Part shown: positions 54,913-63,328 of the stretch, piece by piece
Layout: the number at the start of each line of letters is the position of its first letter
Numbering within the stretch: the stretch's first letter is position 1
Source: an uncultured Eubacteriales bacterium
GTDB taxonomy: Bacteria; Bacillota; Clostridia; Oscillospirales; Oscillospiraceae
Length of the DNA stretch: 64,000 nt
Direction: 5' to 3'
Assembly: GCA_905198835.1 (NCBI GenBank)
Contig: CAJKDY010000001.1
Coordinates: forward strand, 150,263-214,262
Notes under the pieces: generated by a model
Database searches by the model: none
What the model was told of the DNA's origin: nothing
What the model saw: only the letters and a program-made list of their open reading frames with translations
Made by a program: the position numbers and the translations under genes

Positions 54913-55455
54913 TTAGCCGAAGTAGCGCTCCAGCAGGCCCTTCAGGGCCTTGCCGTGGCGGGCCTCGTCGCGAGCCATCTCATGGACGGTGTCGTGAATG
55001 GCGTCCAGATTCAGCTCCTTGGCCTTCTTAGCAAGGTCGGTCTTGCCCTGGGTAGCGCCGTGTTCGGCGTCCACACGCATCTCCAGATTCTTCTTGGTGG
55101 AGTCGGTGACCACCTCGCCCAAGAGCTCGGCGAACTTGGCGGCATGCTCGGCCTCCTCGTAGGCAGCCTTCTCCCAGTAGAGTCCGATCTCGGGATAGCC
55201 CTCCCGGTGGGCCACACGGGCCATAGCCAGGTACATACCCACCTCGGTGCACTCGCCCTGGAAGTTCATGCGAAGACCCTCCAGGATCTCCTCGGGCGCG
55301 CCCTGGGCCACGCCCACCACGTGCTCGGCAGCCCAGGCCATATCGCCGCCCTGCTTGACGAACTTCTCAGCGCCGGCGCCGCACAGCGGGCACTTCTCCG
55401 GAGCCTTGTCTCCCTCATAAACATAACCGCAGACACTGCAAACAAACTTTGCCAT
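54913..55455 (-). CDS. Reverse rubrerythrin (N-terminal rubredoxin-like CxxC...CxxC domain plus C-terminal diiron ferritin-like domain).
   Basis: RBS AAGGAGGAG precedes the ATG (complement 55453-55455). The sequence [27 protein letters not shown] is followed by the diiron-site motifs [10 protein letters not shown]...EEAEHAAKF...[10 protein letters not shown]. The longer ORF-track start at 55524 lacks an RBS. Confidence 0.85.
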   Translation of the reverse strand: MAKFVCSVCGYVYEGDKAPEKCPLCGAGAEKFVKQGGDMAWAAEHVVGVAQGAPEEILEGLRMNFQGECTEVGMYLAMARVAHREGYPEIGLYWEKAAYEEAEHAAKFAELLGEVVTDSTKKNLEMRVDAEHGATQGKTDLAKKAKELNLDAIHDTVHEMARDEARHGKALKGLLERYFG

Positions 55456-55487
55456 TGTTGTCTCCTCCTTAAGTAGGTAAGATTTGA

Positions 55488-55512
55488 GAATCGTTCTTAA
55501 TAGGAACGATTC
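55488..55512. promoter_or_regulatory. Perfect 9-bp inverted repeat GAATCGTTC-N7-GAACGATTC. It is a candidate operator in the rubrerythrin 5' region.
   Basis: The palindrome lies between the predicted rubrerythrin promoter (-10 at 55527-55532) and its RBS. This position fits a roadblock-type repressor site. Confidence 0.5.
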
Positions 55513-55526
55513 CTGATTACACATTT

Positions 55527-55555
55527 ATCATACGGCATTTTCCCGCCGCTGTCAA
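55527..55555 (-). promoter_or_regulatory. Sigma-A promoter for the rubrerythrin-BFD operon.
   Basis: On the minus strand: TTGACA (complement 55550-55555), a 17-nt spacer, TATGAT (complement 55527-55532). Confidence 0.6.
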
Positions 55556-55582
55556 GAGGGTTTTCGCAAAAAATCGGTCAAT

Positions 55583-55610
55583 TGACTTTTTTACAGCCTT
55601 GGGGTACAAT
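55583..55610 (+). promoter_or_regulatory. Putative sigma-A promoter for the TIGR04255-like gene, divergent from the rubrerythrin promoter.
   Basis: TTGACT (55583-55588), a 16-nt spacer, TACAAT (55605-55610). Confidence 0.5.
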
Positions 55611-55646
55611 AACAAAAAAGAAACTGCTTGGAAAGGGGTTTTTGCC

Positions 55647-56435
55647 GTGTTCGCCTCCAGCGACCGTTACCGCTATATGGCACCTACCGTCATAGAGACC
55701 ATCTGCCAGCTGCGGTTTCCCGCCATTTTGTCCATCGGCGCCCAGGAGCCCGCGGCCTTTCAAGAGCGCATCCGGGGCGACTATCCCCGCTACCAGCTCC
55801 AGCACGACCAGCCCGCGCCCCGGGTGGTGAACGCCAACACGCCAAACCCCACCGTAGAGGCCCAAAAGCCCATCAACAATTATGTGTTTCTCTCTGAGGA
55901 CAACCGCTGGAAGGTAAATCTGACCTCCGGCTTTATCGCTTTGAGCACGGTGGGCTATACCCAGTGGGAGGAGTTTGCCGGGCGGCTGGACAAGGTGCTG
56001 GCGGAATTTATCCCCATCTACCAGCCCGCCTTTTTTGAGCGCATTGGCCTTCGCTATGTCAACGCCGTATCGAGAAAGCGGCTCCATCTGGAGGAGAGCG
56101 ACTGGTCCGACCTGATCCAGCCCGCCTGGTTGGGGGTCATGGCCGAACCCGATGTAGAGGAAAAGTCCCTGAGTAAGTGCGCGGTGGACGTGGAGATGGC
56201 CCTGGAGGACAACTGCCGGGCCAAGATCCATGCCGGGCTGGGCCTGCTGGGCGACGGCAAGCGGGACCCGGAGGTCAAGTTCATTTTGGATAACGACCTG
56301 TCGGTGACGGGCAGCGTGAAGATGCCCGGCCTCCCCGACACCCTCCAGACTTTGCACACCTATGCCGACCGCATTTTCCGCGGCGCTATTACCTCCGAAC
56401 TCCACACCGCCATGGGCCCCGAGCCCATTGACTAA
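55647..56435 (+). CDS. Hypothetical protein, TIGR04255-like family (N-terminal ...APxVExxxxLRF signature).
   Basis: A GTG start at 55647 with RBS GGAAAGGGG 8 nt upstream is chosen because the ORF-track ATG at 55599 would lie inside the predicted promoter. The sequence contains MAPTVIETICQLRF and RIGLRYVN. The family assignment is from memory only. Confidence 0.4.
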   Translation: MFASSDRYRYMAPTVIETICQLRFPAILSIGAQEPAAFQERIRGDYPRYQLQHDQPAPRVVNANTPNPTVEAQKPINNYVFLSEDNRWKVNLTSGFIALSTVGYTQWEEFAGRLDKVLAEFIPIYQPAFFERIGLRYVNAVSRKRLHLEESDWSDLIQPAWLGVMAEPDVEEKSLSKCAVDVEMALEDNCRAKIHAGLGLLGDGKRDPEVKFILDNDLSVTGSVKMPGLPDTLQTLHTYADRIFRGAITSELHTAMGPEPID

Positions 56436-56442
56436 AAAAGTC

Positions 56443-56471
56443 TTGACAAGTTCAGGCGGGGCTGGTATAAT
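56443..56471 (+). promoter_or_regulatory. Strong sigma-A promoter of the infC-rpmI-rplT operon.
   Basis: TTGACA (56443-56448), a 17-nt spacer, TATAAT (56466-56471). Confidence 0.7.
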
Positions 56472-56580
56472 ACCCCGGTACAAGGAAGTAGGAAGGGTAC
56501 CCCCTCCTCACCCCAGGCTTCGGCCAAAGGGTCAACATGGACGGCTTCGCTGACTGGTTCAGCGTGGCTTTGCGTGGCAT

Positions 56581-56611
56581 CGGGTACCTTTTCAGGTATC
56601 CGTCTTTTTTA
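56581..56611 (+). terminator. Leader attenuator (intrinsic terminator) upstream of infC. This is probably the L20-responsive transcription attenuation element.
   Basis: Hairpin cgggtacc-ttttcag-gtatccg is followed by tcttttttat, ~110 nt downstream of the promoter and 20 nt before the infC start. An upstream GGGTACC copy (56494-56503) could form an alternative antiterminator. Confidence 0.5.
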
Positions 56612-56630
56612 TGTTTGGAGGTGTTTTTCC

Positions 56631-57245
56631 ATCGCTAACACGGCCCATCAGATCAATGAGGAGATCCGGGACAAGGAAGTCCGCTTAGTCGGCGAGACCG
56701 GTGAGCAGTTGGGCATCATGTCCGCCCAGGAGGCCCTGGCCAAGGCCGAGGAGGCTGAGCTGGATCTGGTGAAGATCTCGCCCAACGCCGTGCCCCCGGT
56801 GTGCAAGCTCATGGACTACGGTAAATACCGCTTTGAGCAGGCCAAGCGGGACAAGGAAGCCCGGAAGAACCAGCACGTTGTGGAGATCAAAGAGATCCGC
56901 ATGTCCCCCGGCATCGACGTGGGCGACTTCAACGTCAAGCTCCGCAACGCCCAAAAGTTCCTGGCTGAGGGGAACCGGGTCAAGGTCACAGTCCGCTTCC
57001 GCGGCCGTGAGATGGCCCACACCGAGATCGGCCGGGACCTGCTCCTCAAGTTCGCCGAGCAGTGTGCCGACACCGCCAACATGGAAAAGGACCCCAAACT
57101 GGACGGCCGCCACATGAGCATCTTCCTGGCCCCCAAGGCCAAGGAGGACGGCAAAAAGGCCAAGAAGTCCGAGCCTAAGGCTGAAGTCCCCGCCCAGCCC
57201 CAGGCAGAAGAAACTAAAAATGAAGGAGAAAGCGAAAATGGCTAA
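56631..57245 (+). CDS. infC: Translation initiation factor IF-3 (probable non-AUG start codon).
   Basis: It contains [28 protein letters not shown] plus the IF3 N- and C-domains. RBS GGAGGTG at 56617-56623 precedes the ATC at 56631. The ORF-track frame is open from 56574 but has no ATG with an RBS. IF3 genes classically use AUU/AUC-type starts. Confidence 0.8.
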   Translation: MANTAHQINEEIRDKEVRLVGETGEQLGIMSAQEALAKAEEAELDLVKISPNAVPPVCKLMDYGKYRFEQAKRDKEARKNQHVVEIKEIRMSPGIDVGDFNVKLRNAQKFLAEGNRVKVTVRFRGREMAHTEIGRDLLLKFAEQCADTANMEKDPKLDGRHMSIFLAPKAKEDGKKAKKSEPKAEVPAQPQAEETKNEGESENG

Positions 57246-57447
57246 GATCAAGCTGAAGACCCACTCCGCTTCCAAGAAGCGCTTCAAGCTCACCAAGACC
57301 GGCAAGGTCAAGCGTGCCCACGCCTACAAGAGCCACCTCTTGAACGGCCACGGCAAGACCACCAAGCGCAAGAGAGGCCTCCGCGCCGGCGCCTATGCCG
57401 ACGTTACCAACGCCGCCACCATCAAGCGCATGATTCCCTACAAATAA
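57238..57447 (+). CDS. rpmI: 50S ribosomal protein L35.
   Basis: RBS GAAGGAGAAAG precedes the ATG at 57238. The sequence [29 protein letters not shown] is the L35 signature. The start is coupled to the infC stop. Confidence 0.85.
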   Translation: MAKIKLKTHSASKKRFKLTKTGKVKRAHAYKSHLLNGHGKTTKRKRGLRAGAYADVTNAATIKRMIPYK

Positions 57448-57483
57448 GTAAGACCCTTTACCAAGATAAGGAGGCTTTTCAAA

Positions 57484-57837
57484 ATGGCTAGAGTGAAAGG
57501 CGCGATGATGACGCGCAAGAGACGTAATAAGACGCTCAAGATGGCCAAGGGCTATTGGGGCGCCAAATCCAAGCACTTTAAGATGGCCAAGGAGCAGGTG
57601 ATGAAGTCCCTGCAGTACGCCTATACCGGCCGTCGGCTGAAGAAGCGTGACTTCCGTCAGCTGTGGATCACCCGTATTTCCGCCGCCTGCAAGCCCCAGG
57701 GCGTGAACTACTCCACTTTTATGCACGGTCTGAAGCTGGCTAACGTCCAGATCGACCGCAAGATGCTGGCCGAGCTTGCCGTCAACGACAAGGCGGCCTT
57801 TGCCCAGCTGGTGGAGCTGGCCAAGACCCAGAAGTGA
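57484..57837 (+). CDS. rplT: 50S ribosomal protein L20.
   Basis: RBS AAGGAGG is present. [29 protein letters not shown]... is canonical L20. Confidence 0.9.
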   Translation: MARVKGAMMTRKRRNKTLKMAKGYWGAKSKHFKMAKEQVMKSLQYAYTGRRLKKRDFRQLWITRISAACKPQGVNYSTFMHGLKLANVQIDRKMLAELAVNDKAAFAQLVELAKTQK

Positions 57838-57846
57838 TCGTTTAAA

Positions 57847-57883
57847 AACCGGTGTCGCCTGTTAGGGCGGCGCCGGTTTTTTG
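57847..57883 (+). terminator. Rho-independent terminator after rplT.
   Basis: Hairpin ccggtgtcgcc-tgttag-ggcggcgccgg (with two G-U pairs) is followed by tttttt. Confidence 0.7.
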
Positions 57884-58029
57884 CGGCAGCTTTTTGCACA
57901 AAAAGCTGGTAAAAATGGCGGGAAAAATCCTGAGAATAACGCTTTACTTTTTGACGGCGGTATCGTATAATATCACCCGATGAACAAAACCGGCAAGACT
58001 TTAGAAAGGTATAGAAGGAGGAAACACGG

Positions 58030-58722
58030 ATGATCTATTCTACTGAAGTGCAGCATATGTGTCCCGTGGCCAAGGGCGCCTATCACGGCCCCGCCCCCAT
58101 CCCCGAGGAGGGCAAGTGGGTCCAGGCCAAGCAGATCGAGGACATCAGCGGCTTTACCCACGGTGTGGGCTGGTGCGCACCCCAGCAGGGCGCGTGCAAG
58201 CTGACGCTGAACGTGAAAAACGGTATCATTGAGGAGGCTCTGGTGGAGACCCTGGGCTGCTCGGGCATGACCCACTCCGCCGCCATGGCCAGCGAGATCC
58301 TCATCGGCAAGACCCTGCTGGAGGCGCTGAATACCGACCTGGTGTGCGACGCCATCAACACCGCCATGCGGGAGTTGTTCCTCCAGATCGTCTATGGCCG
58401 CACCCAGAGCGCCTTCTCCGAAGATGGCCTGGCCGTGGGCGCCAGCCTGGAGGATCTGGGCAAGGGCCTTCGGTCCCAGGTGGGCACCATGTTCGCCACC
58501 AAGGAGAAGGGCCCGCGCTACCTGGAGATGGCCGAGGGCTATTGCACCCGCATCGCCCTCAACAAGGACAAGGAGATCATCGGTTACGAATTCGTCAACC
58601 TGGGCAAGATGATGGACTTCATCAAGAGCGGCATGGACGCCAATGAGGCCGTGGAGAAGGCCAAGGGCCATTACGGCCAGTTCGACAACGCCGCTGAGTA
58701 CATCGACCCCCGCAAGCAGTAA
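58030..58722 (+). CDS. NifU/IscU-like Fe-S cluster scaffold domain protein (partner of the GGGtGRT protein).
   Basis: RBS GAAGGAGGAAAC is present. GWCAPQQGACKLTLNVKNGIIEEALVETLGCSGMTHSAAMASEILIGKTLLEAL aligns with the IscU core (GAPACGDVMKLQIKV..GIIEDARFKTYGCGSAIASSS...GKSLDEA), including the three Cys positions. Confidence 0.55.
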   Translation: MIYSTEVQHMCPVAKGAYHGPAPIPEEGKWVQAKQIEDISGFTHGVGWCAPQQGACKLTLNVKNGIIEEALVETLGCSGMTHSAAMASEILIGKTLLEALNTDLVCDAINTAMRELFLQIVYGRTQSAFSEDGLAVGASLEDLGKGLRSQVGTMFATKEKGPRYLEMAEGYCTRIALNKDKEIIGYEFVNLGKMMDFIKSGMDANEAVEKAKGHYGQFDNAAEYIDPRKQ

Positions 58723-58742
58723 AGAAAAGGAGGAATTGAGAA

Positions 58743-59741
58743 ATGGCTTTGTTTGAAAGTTACGAGCGTCGTATTGAGAAGATCAATTCCGTCCTCAGTC
58801 AGTACGGCATCAAGAGCGTGGAGGAGACCCGTGAGATCTGCAAGGCCGCGGGCTTCGACCCCTATGAGATCGTCAAGGGCATTCAGCCCATCTGCTTTGA
58901 GAACGCCTGCTGGGCCTACTGTGTGGGCGCCGCCATCGCTCTGAAGAAGGGCGTCAAGACCGCCGCTGAGGCCGCCAAGGCCATTGGCGAGGGCCTGCAG
59001 TCCTTCTGCATCGACGGCTCTGTGGCCGACGACCGCAAGGTGGGCCTGGGCCACGGTAACCTGGGCGCTATGCTGCTGAGCGAAGACGCCAAGTGCTTTG
59101 CCTTCCTGGCCGGCCATGAGTCCTTCGCCGCCGCCGAGGGCGCCATCGGCATCGTCCGCAACGCCAACAAGGCCCGCAAGGAGCCCCTGCGGGTCATCCT
59201 CAACGGCCTGGGCAAGGACGCCGCTCAGATCATCTCCCGCATCAACGGCTTCACCTATGTCCAGACCCAGTTCGACTACCACACCGGCGAGCTGAAGATC
59301 GTCCGGGAGATCCCTTACTCCGACGGCGAGCGGGCCAACGTGCGCTGCTTCGGCGCTGACGACGTCCGGGAGGGCGTTGCCATCATGTGGCATGAGGGCG
59401 TGGATGTTTCCATCACCGGTAACTCCACCAACCCCACCCGCTTCCAGCACCCCGTGGCCGGCACCTATAAGAAGGAGTGCATCGAGAAGGGCAAGAAGTA
59501 CTTCTCCGTGGCCTCCGGCGGCGGCACGGGCCGCACCCTCCATCCCGACAATATGGCTGCCGGTCCCGCCAGCTATGGCATGACCGACACCATGGGTCGT
59601 ATGCATTCCGACGCTCAGTTCGCCGGGTCTTCCTCCGTCCCCGCGCACGTGGAGATGATGGGCTTCCTGGGTATGGGCAACAACCCCATGGTGGGCGCCA
59701 CTGTCGCCGTGGCCGTGGCTGTGGCCGAGAGCTTGAAGTGA
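58743..59741 (+). CDS. GGGtGRT family protein (uncharacterised conserved protein).
   Basis: RBS AAAGGAGGAA is present. The eponymous motif VASGGGTGRTLHP is present in a protein of the typical ~330 aa. Confidence 0.8.
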   Translation: MALFESYERRIEKINSVLSQYGIKSVEETREICKAAGFDPYEIVKGIQPICFENACWAYCVGAAIALKKGVKTAAEAAKAIGEGLQSFCIDGSVADDRKVGLGHGNLGAMLLSEDAKCFAFLAGHESFAAAEGAIGIVRNANKARKEPLRVILNGLGKDAAQIISRINGFTYVQTQFDYHTGELKIVREIPYSDGERANVRCFGADDVREGVAIMWHEGVDVSITGNSTNPTRFQHPVAGTYKKECIEKGKKYFSVASGGGTGRTLHPDNMAAGPASYGMTDTMGRMHSDAQFAGSSSVPAHVEMMGFLGMGNNPMVGATVAVAVAVAESLK

Positions 59742-59748
59742 TAAATAA

Positions 59749-59785
59749 AGCGTCGCTGGTCTTTCCAGCGGCGCTTTTTTTATGA
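59749..59785 (+). terminator. Rho-independent terminator after the GGGtGRT gene.
   Basis: Hairpin gcgtcgctgg-tctttc-cagcggcgc is followed by tttttttat. Confidence 0.7.
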
Positions 59786-59809
59786 GAAGAGAAAGGAGTA
59801 TATACAAAA

Positions 59810-61210
59810 ATGAGCGAGAAAACAAAGAACGTGGGCGCGGAGCCCATCCGGGACGCCCGGCAGCTGGGCATCCCCAAGATGCTGATTTTAGGCTTGCAGC
59901 ATATGTTCGCCATGTTCGGCGCTACTATCCTGGTGCCCATTTTGGTGAACAGCCAGCAGAATGCCGCCGGTGAGGCCATCGGCATGCCCCTGTCCATCCA
60001 GACCACCCTGTTCTTCGCCGGTTTCGGCACGCTGCTGTTCCATGTCTGCTCCAAGCTGAAGGTCCCCGCCTTCCTGGGCTCCTCCTTTGCCTTCCTGGGC
60101 GGCTTTGCCGCTATGGGCGGCATGAGCGAGGGCATTTATGCCAATATGTCCCAGGCGGAAAAGCTCCAGTATACTTGTGGCGGCATCGTGGTGGCCGGCC
60201 TTCTCTACCTGGTGCTGGCCCTGGTGGTCAAGCTGGTGGGCGTTCATAAGGTCATGCGCTTCTTGCCCCCGGTGGTCACTGGGCCTATCATCATCTGCAT
60301 CGGCTTGAACCTGGCTCCCTCGGCGGTCAACAACGCCTCCTCTTGCTGGTGGCTGGCTCTGGTGGCCATGGCCATCATCATTGTGGCTAACATTTGGGGT
60401 AAGGGCATGGTGAAGATCATCCCCATCTTGCTGGGCATTGTGGGCAGCTATGTGGTCGCTCTGATCGTCACCCTGGCCGGCGGTCCCCAGCTCATCGACT
60501 TTGCCAGCCTGAAAAGCGCTGACGTTGTGGGCCTTCAGCCCTTCTTTACCGACTTTGGCGGCTCTATCGCCAAGTTCGATGTCTCCGCCATCCTGGTCAT
60601 GGCCCCCATTGCCATCGCCTCTATGATGGAGCACATCGGCGATATGTCCGCCATCTCCGCCACTGTGGGCGAGAACTTTATCGAAGACCCGGGTCTCCAC
60701 CGCACCCTCATCGGCGACGGCTTGGCCACCTCCCTGGCCGGTCTCTTCGGCGGCCCGGCCAACACCACTTATGGCGAAAACACCGGTGTTCTGGTGCTGT
60801 CCAAGGTCTATGACCCCAAGGTCATCCGCTTGGCCGCCCTCTACGCACTGGTGCTGTCCTTCTCCCCCATGTTCGCCGCTTTTATTGGCTCTATCCCCTC
60901 CGCCATCATTGGCGGCGTCAGCTTCATCCTCTACGGCATGATCTCTGCCATCGGCGTGCGCAACCTGGTGGAAAACCGGGTGGACTTCACCAATTCCCGG
61001 AACCTGATCATCGCCGCCACCGTCCTGGTCTGCGGCCTGGGCTTCTCCTCCGGCCTTTCCTTCCAGGTGGGCAGCGCCACCGTCACCCTCACCGGCCTGG
61101 CCATCGCCGCCATTGCCGGTATCGTGCTCAACGCCATCCTCCCCGGCAAGGACTACCAGTTTGGCGCCAATGAAGGCGGCGCCGGCTCGGGCAACCTGGG
61201 CAAGTATTGA
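59810..61210 (+). CDS. Nucleobase:cation symporter-2 (NCS2) family permease, most likely uracil/xanthine permease.
   Basis: RBS AAAGGAG is present. There are ~12-14 TM segments. NCS2 motifs include ...LGLQHMFAMFGATILVPIL... and ...ENTGVLVLSKVYD... Confidence 0.8.
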   Translation: MSEKTKNVGAEPIRDARQLGIPKMLILGLQHMFAMFGATILVPILVNSQQNAAGEAIGMPLSIQTTLFFAGFGTLLFHVCSKLKVPAFLGSSFAFLGGFAAMGGMSEGIYANMSQAEKLQYTCGGIVVAGLLYLVLALVVKLVGVHKVMRFLPPVVTGPIIICIGLNLAPSAVNNASSCWWLALVAMAIIIVANIWGKGMVKIIPILLGIVGSYVVALIVTLAGGPQLIDFASLKSADVVGLQPFFTDFGGSIAKFDVSAILVMAPIAIASMMEHIGDMSAISATVGENFIEDPGLHRTLIGDGLATSLAGLFGGPANTTYGENTGVLVLSKVYDPKVIRLAALYALVLSFSPMFAAFIGSIPSAIIGGVSFILYGMISAIGVRNLVENRVDFTNSRNLIIAATVLVCGLGFSSGLSFQVGSATVTLTGLAIAAIAGIVLNAILPGKDYQFGANEGGAGSGNLGKY

Positions 61211-61228
61211 TCCCAAACCCCGCAAACA

Positions 61229-61266
61229 AGAAGAGCGTCTGCCATATGGCAGACGCTCTTTTTTGC
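61229..61266. terminator. Rho-independent terminator after the permease gene.
   Basis: Perfect hairpin aagagcgtctgcc-atat-ggcagacgctctt is followed by ttttttg. Confidence 0.75.
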
Positions 61267-61404
61267 TGTCATGCTCCCATTGGGCACGCTTTTCGCCGGT
61301 TCTTTCACCGCCCTGCCGAAAATGCCGCTTACGCCTTCGGCGCTCGCCTGTTTTTCGGGCGCGGGCGGTTCCAAGCCCGGCGGCGTGCCTATGGATCGCG
61401 CTTC

Positions 61405-62514
61405 TTACACGTTGAAGCGGAACAGGGTCACATCCCCGTCCTGCATAACGTACTCCTTGCCCTCGCTGCGGACCAGGCCCTTTTCCCTTGCCGCCGCCAT
61501 GGAGCCGTTGGTCTTCAGGTCGTCAAAGGCCACGATCTCAGCCCGGATGAAGCCCCGCTCAAAGTCGGTGTGGATCTTGCCCGCGGCCTGGGGAGCCTTG
61601 GTGCCCCGGGTGATGGTCCAGGCCCGGCACTCGTCCTCGCCGGAGGTCAGGAAGGAGATGAGACCCAGTAGGGTGTAGCTGGCCTTGATCAGCCGGTCCA
61701 GGCCGGACTCGCTCATGCCCATGTCGTCCAGGAACATCTGCTTCTCCTCGCCGTCCAGCTCGGCGATCTCCGCTTCCATCTTGGCGCACACGGGCAGCAC
61801 CTGGGCGTTTTCCTTGGCGGCGATGGCGGATACAGTCTGGAAGTAGGGGTTGCTTTCGTAGTCGGCCACGCCGGTCTCGTCCATATTGGCGGCGTAGATA
61901 ATGGGTTTCAGGCTCAAAAGCTCGGCGGTGGCCAGCAGCTTTTCCTCGTCCTCGTCCACCTCGAAGCTCCGAGCGGAGTTGCCGTCGTTGAGCCAGTCGG
62001 CCAGGCGCTTGAAGAGCTCTACCTCCTTGAGGTACTTCTTGTCTCCCTTGGCCAGGTTCTCCGCCTTCTTGATCCGCCGCTCCACCATCTCCAGGTCGGC
62101 CATAATGAGCTCCAGATCGATGGTGGCGATGTCCCCGGCGGGGTCCACCGGCACATTCACGCTGGCGTTCTCCACCACGTGCATGATGTTCTCGTCGTCA
62201 AAGCAGCGCACCACATGGACGATAGCGTCGGTGGCCCGGATGTTGCCCAGAAACTGATTGCCCAGCCCCGCGCCCTTGCTGGCCCCCTTCACAAGGCCCG
62301 CGATGTCCACAAACTCGATGACGGCGGGGGTGGTCTTCTTGGGGTGATAGAGCTCGCTGAGCCAGTCCAGGCGAGCGTCGGGCACCGTGACCATGCCCAC
62401 GTTGGGGTCGATGGTGCAGAAAGGATAGTTGGCGCTCTCCGCCCCGGCGTTGGTAATGGCGTTAAAAAGGGTAGACTTTCCAACATTTGGAAGTCCCACG
62501 ATGCCCAGCTTCAT
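61405..62514 (-). CDS. ychF: Ribosome-binding ATPase YchF (Obg-family GTPase/ATPase with a TGS domain).
   Basis: MKLGIVGLPNVGKSTLFNAIT (P-loop), DIAGLVKGAS and the C-terminal TGS domain are present. RBS AGGAGAGGAA is present. Confidence 0.9.
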   Translation of the reverse strand: MKLGIVGLPNVGKSTLFNAITNAGAESANYPFCTIDPNVGMVTVPDARLDWLSELYHPKKTTPAVIEFVDIAGLVKGASKGAGLGNQFLGNIRATDAIVHVVRCFDDENIMHVVENASVNVPVDPAGDIATIDLELIMADLEMVERRIKKAENLAKGDKKYLKEVELFKRLADWLNDGNSARSFEVDEDEEKLLATAELLSLKPIIYAANMDETGVADYESNPYFQTVSAIAAKENAQVLPVCAKMEAEIAELDGEEKQMFLDDMGMSESGLDRLIKASYTLLGLISFLTSGEDECRAWTITRGTKAPQAAGKIHTDFERGFIRAEIVAFDDLKTNGSMAAAREKGLVRSEGKEYVMQDGDVTLFRFNV

Positions 62515-62562
62515 GTATGGTTCCTCTCCTTTGATTTCAGCGATTTCAGAAAAGTCTACTCT

Positions 62563-62591
62563 ATTTTACACGCTTAATGGGATATTTTCAA
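62563..62591 (-). promoter_or_regulatory. Sigma-A promoter for ychF.
   Basis: On the minus strand: TTGAAA (complement 62586-62591), a 17-nt spacer, TAAAAT (complement 62563-62568). Confidence 0.55.
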
Positions 62592-62629
62592 GAGGAAACC
62601 GACAAAAGGCTGAAAACTGCCCAGCCGAC

Positions 62630-62917
62630 CTAAAGAGTCATCCTTTTGTCGTCTTTCGGTTCCGCTCGCGCGCTATCGATCAAGGCGGCCCGGTAGCCCT
62701 CTTGAAAGAAATGCATGACTTCCAGCTCTGTTACCTCATATGCACTGTCCAGAAGCTCATTTGCAATAGCGGCGGCAGAGGGGCCAAAGTCCTGCTCGAT
62801 TTGCTCCAGACAGTCCAGTAGTTTGCGCATAGCATGGTGGTAATCTGAGCTAAGAGCCAGATCGCTTTCGTCAAACGGCGTTGCTGTGTTATAGCGTGCC
62901 TTTATTCGGCTGTCCAT
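62630..62917 (-). CDS. Small hypothetical protein (95 aa), divergent from the XRE regulator.
   Basis: The ATG (complement 62915-62917) has RBS GGAGGAA 7 nt upstream. The protein MDSRIKARYNTATPFDESDL...EPKDDKRMTL shows no recognisable motif. The ORF-track N-terminal extension lacks an RBS. Confidence 0.45.
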   Translation of the reverse strand: MDSRIKARYNTATPFDESDLALSSDYHHAMRKLLDCLEQIEQDFGPSAAAIANELLDSAYEVTELEVMHFFQEGYRAALIDSARAEPKDDKRMTL

Positions 62918-63020
62918 AAAATATTTCCTCCTCTGACATTTACTCCGTGTCAACACAACAGGAATATAGCATATACTCCTTGCCGAAGACACGCACAACG
63001 TGTCGAAGCGGGAGGGAAAT

Positions 63021-63272
63021 ATGTTTAAAAACAAGGGTCCTGGCGAAGCTTTGAATATTTCCGGCCCTCAGATCGCGCGTCTGCGCCAGGCACTGCCGGG
63101 ACGGGTGTCCCAGCGGGCGTTGGCGGAGCGGCTGCAGTTGAAGGGTGTGGATCTGGGGAAGAACGCCGTCCAACAAATCGAGGCGGGGAAGCGGTTTGTG
63201 ACCGACATTGAGCTGCGGGCGTTCGCTGAGGTATTGGGGGTCGACCCCAGAGTCCTTCTGTACGGAGAGTAA
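63021..63272 (+). CDS. XRE-family helix-turn-helix transcriptional regulator (83 aa).
   Basis: RBS GGGAGGGAAAT precedes the ATG at 63021. The HTH_3 core is ISGPQIARLRQALPGRVSQRALAERLQLKGVDLGKNAVQQIEAGKR. Confidence 0.75.
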   Translation: MFKNKGPGEALNISGPQIARLRQALPGRVSQRALAERLQLKGVDLGKNAVQQIEAGKRFVTDIELRAFAEVLGVDPRVLLYGE

Positions 63273-63308
63273 AAAACCGGGAGCCAAAAGGCTCCCGGTT
63301 TCGCTATT
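63273..63308. terminator. Bidirectional terminator between the XRE gene and the convergent yloV-like gene.
   Basis: Hairpin accgggagcc-aaaa-ggctcccggt has A/T tracts on both sides. Confidence 0.75.
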
Positions 63309-63328
63309 TCTAGTATGGAATGGGCGTG

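Noticed and set aside
57973-59825. Two minus-strand ORFs (232 and 384 aa) antisense to the NifU-like and GGGtGRT genes; also 59888-61225 antisense to the permease
   Set aside because: The sense genes have strong RBSs and recognisable family motifs. The antisense frames have none.
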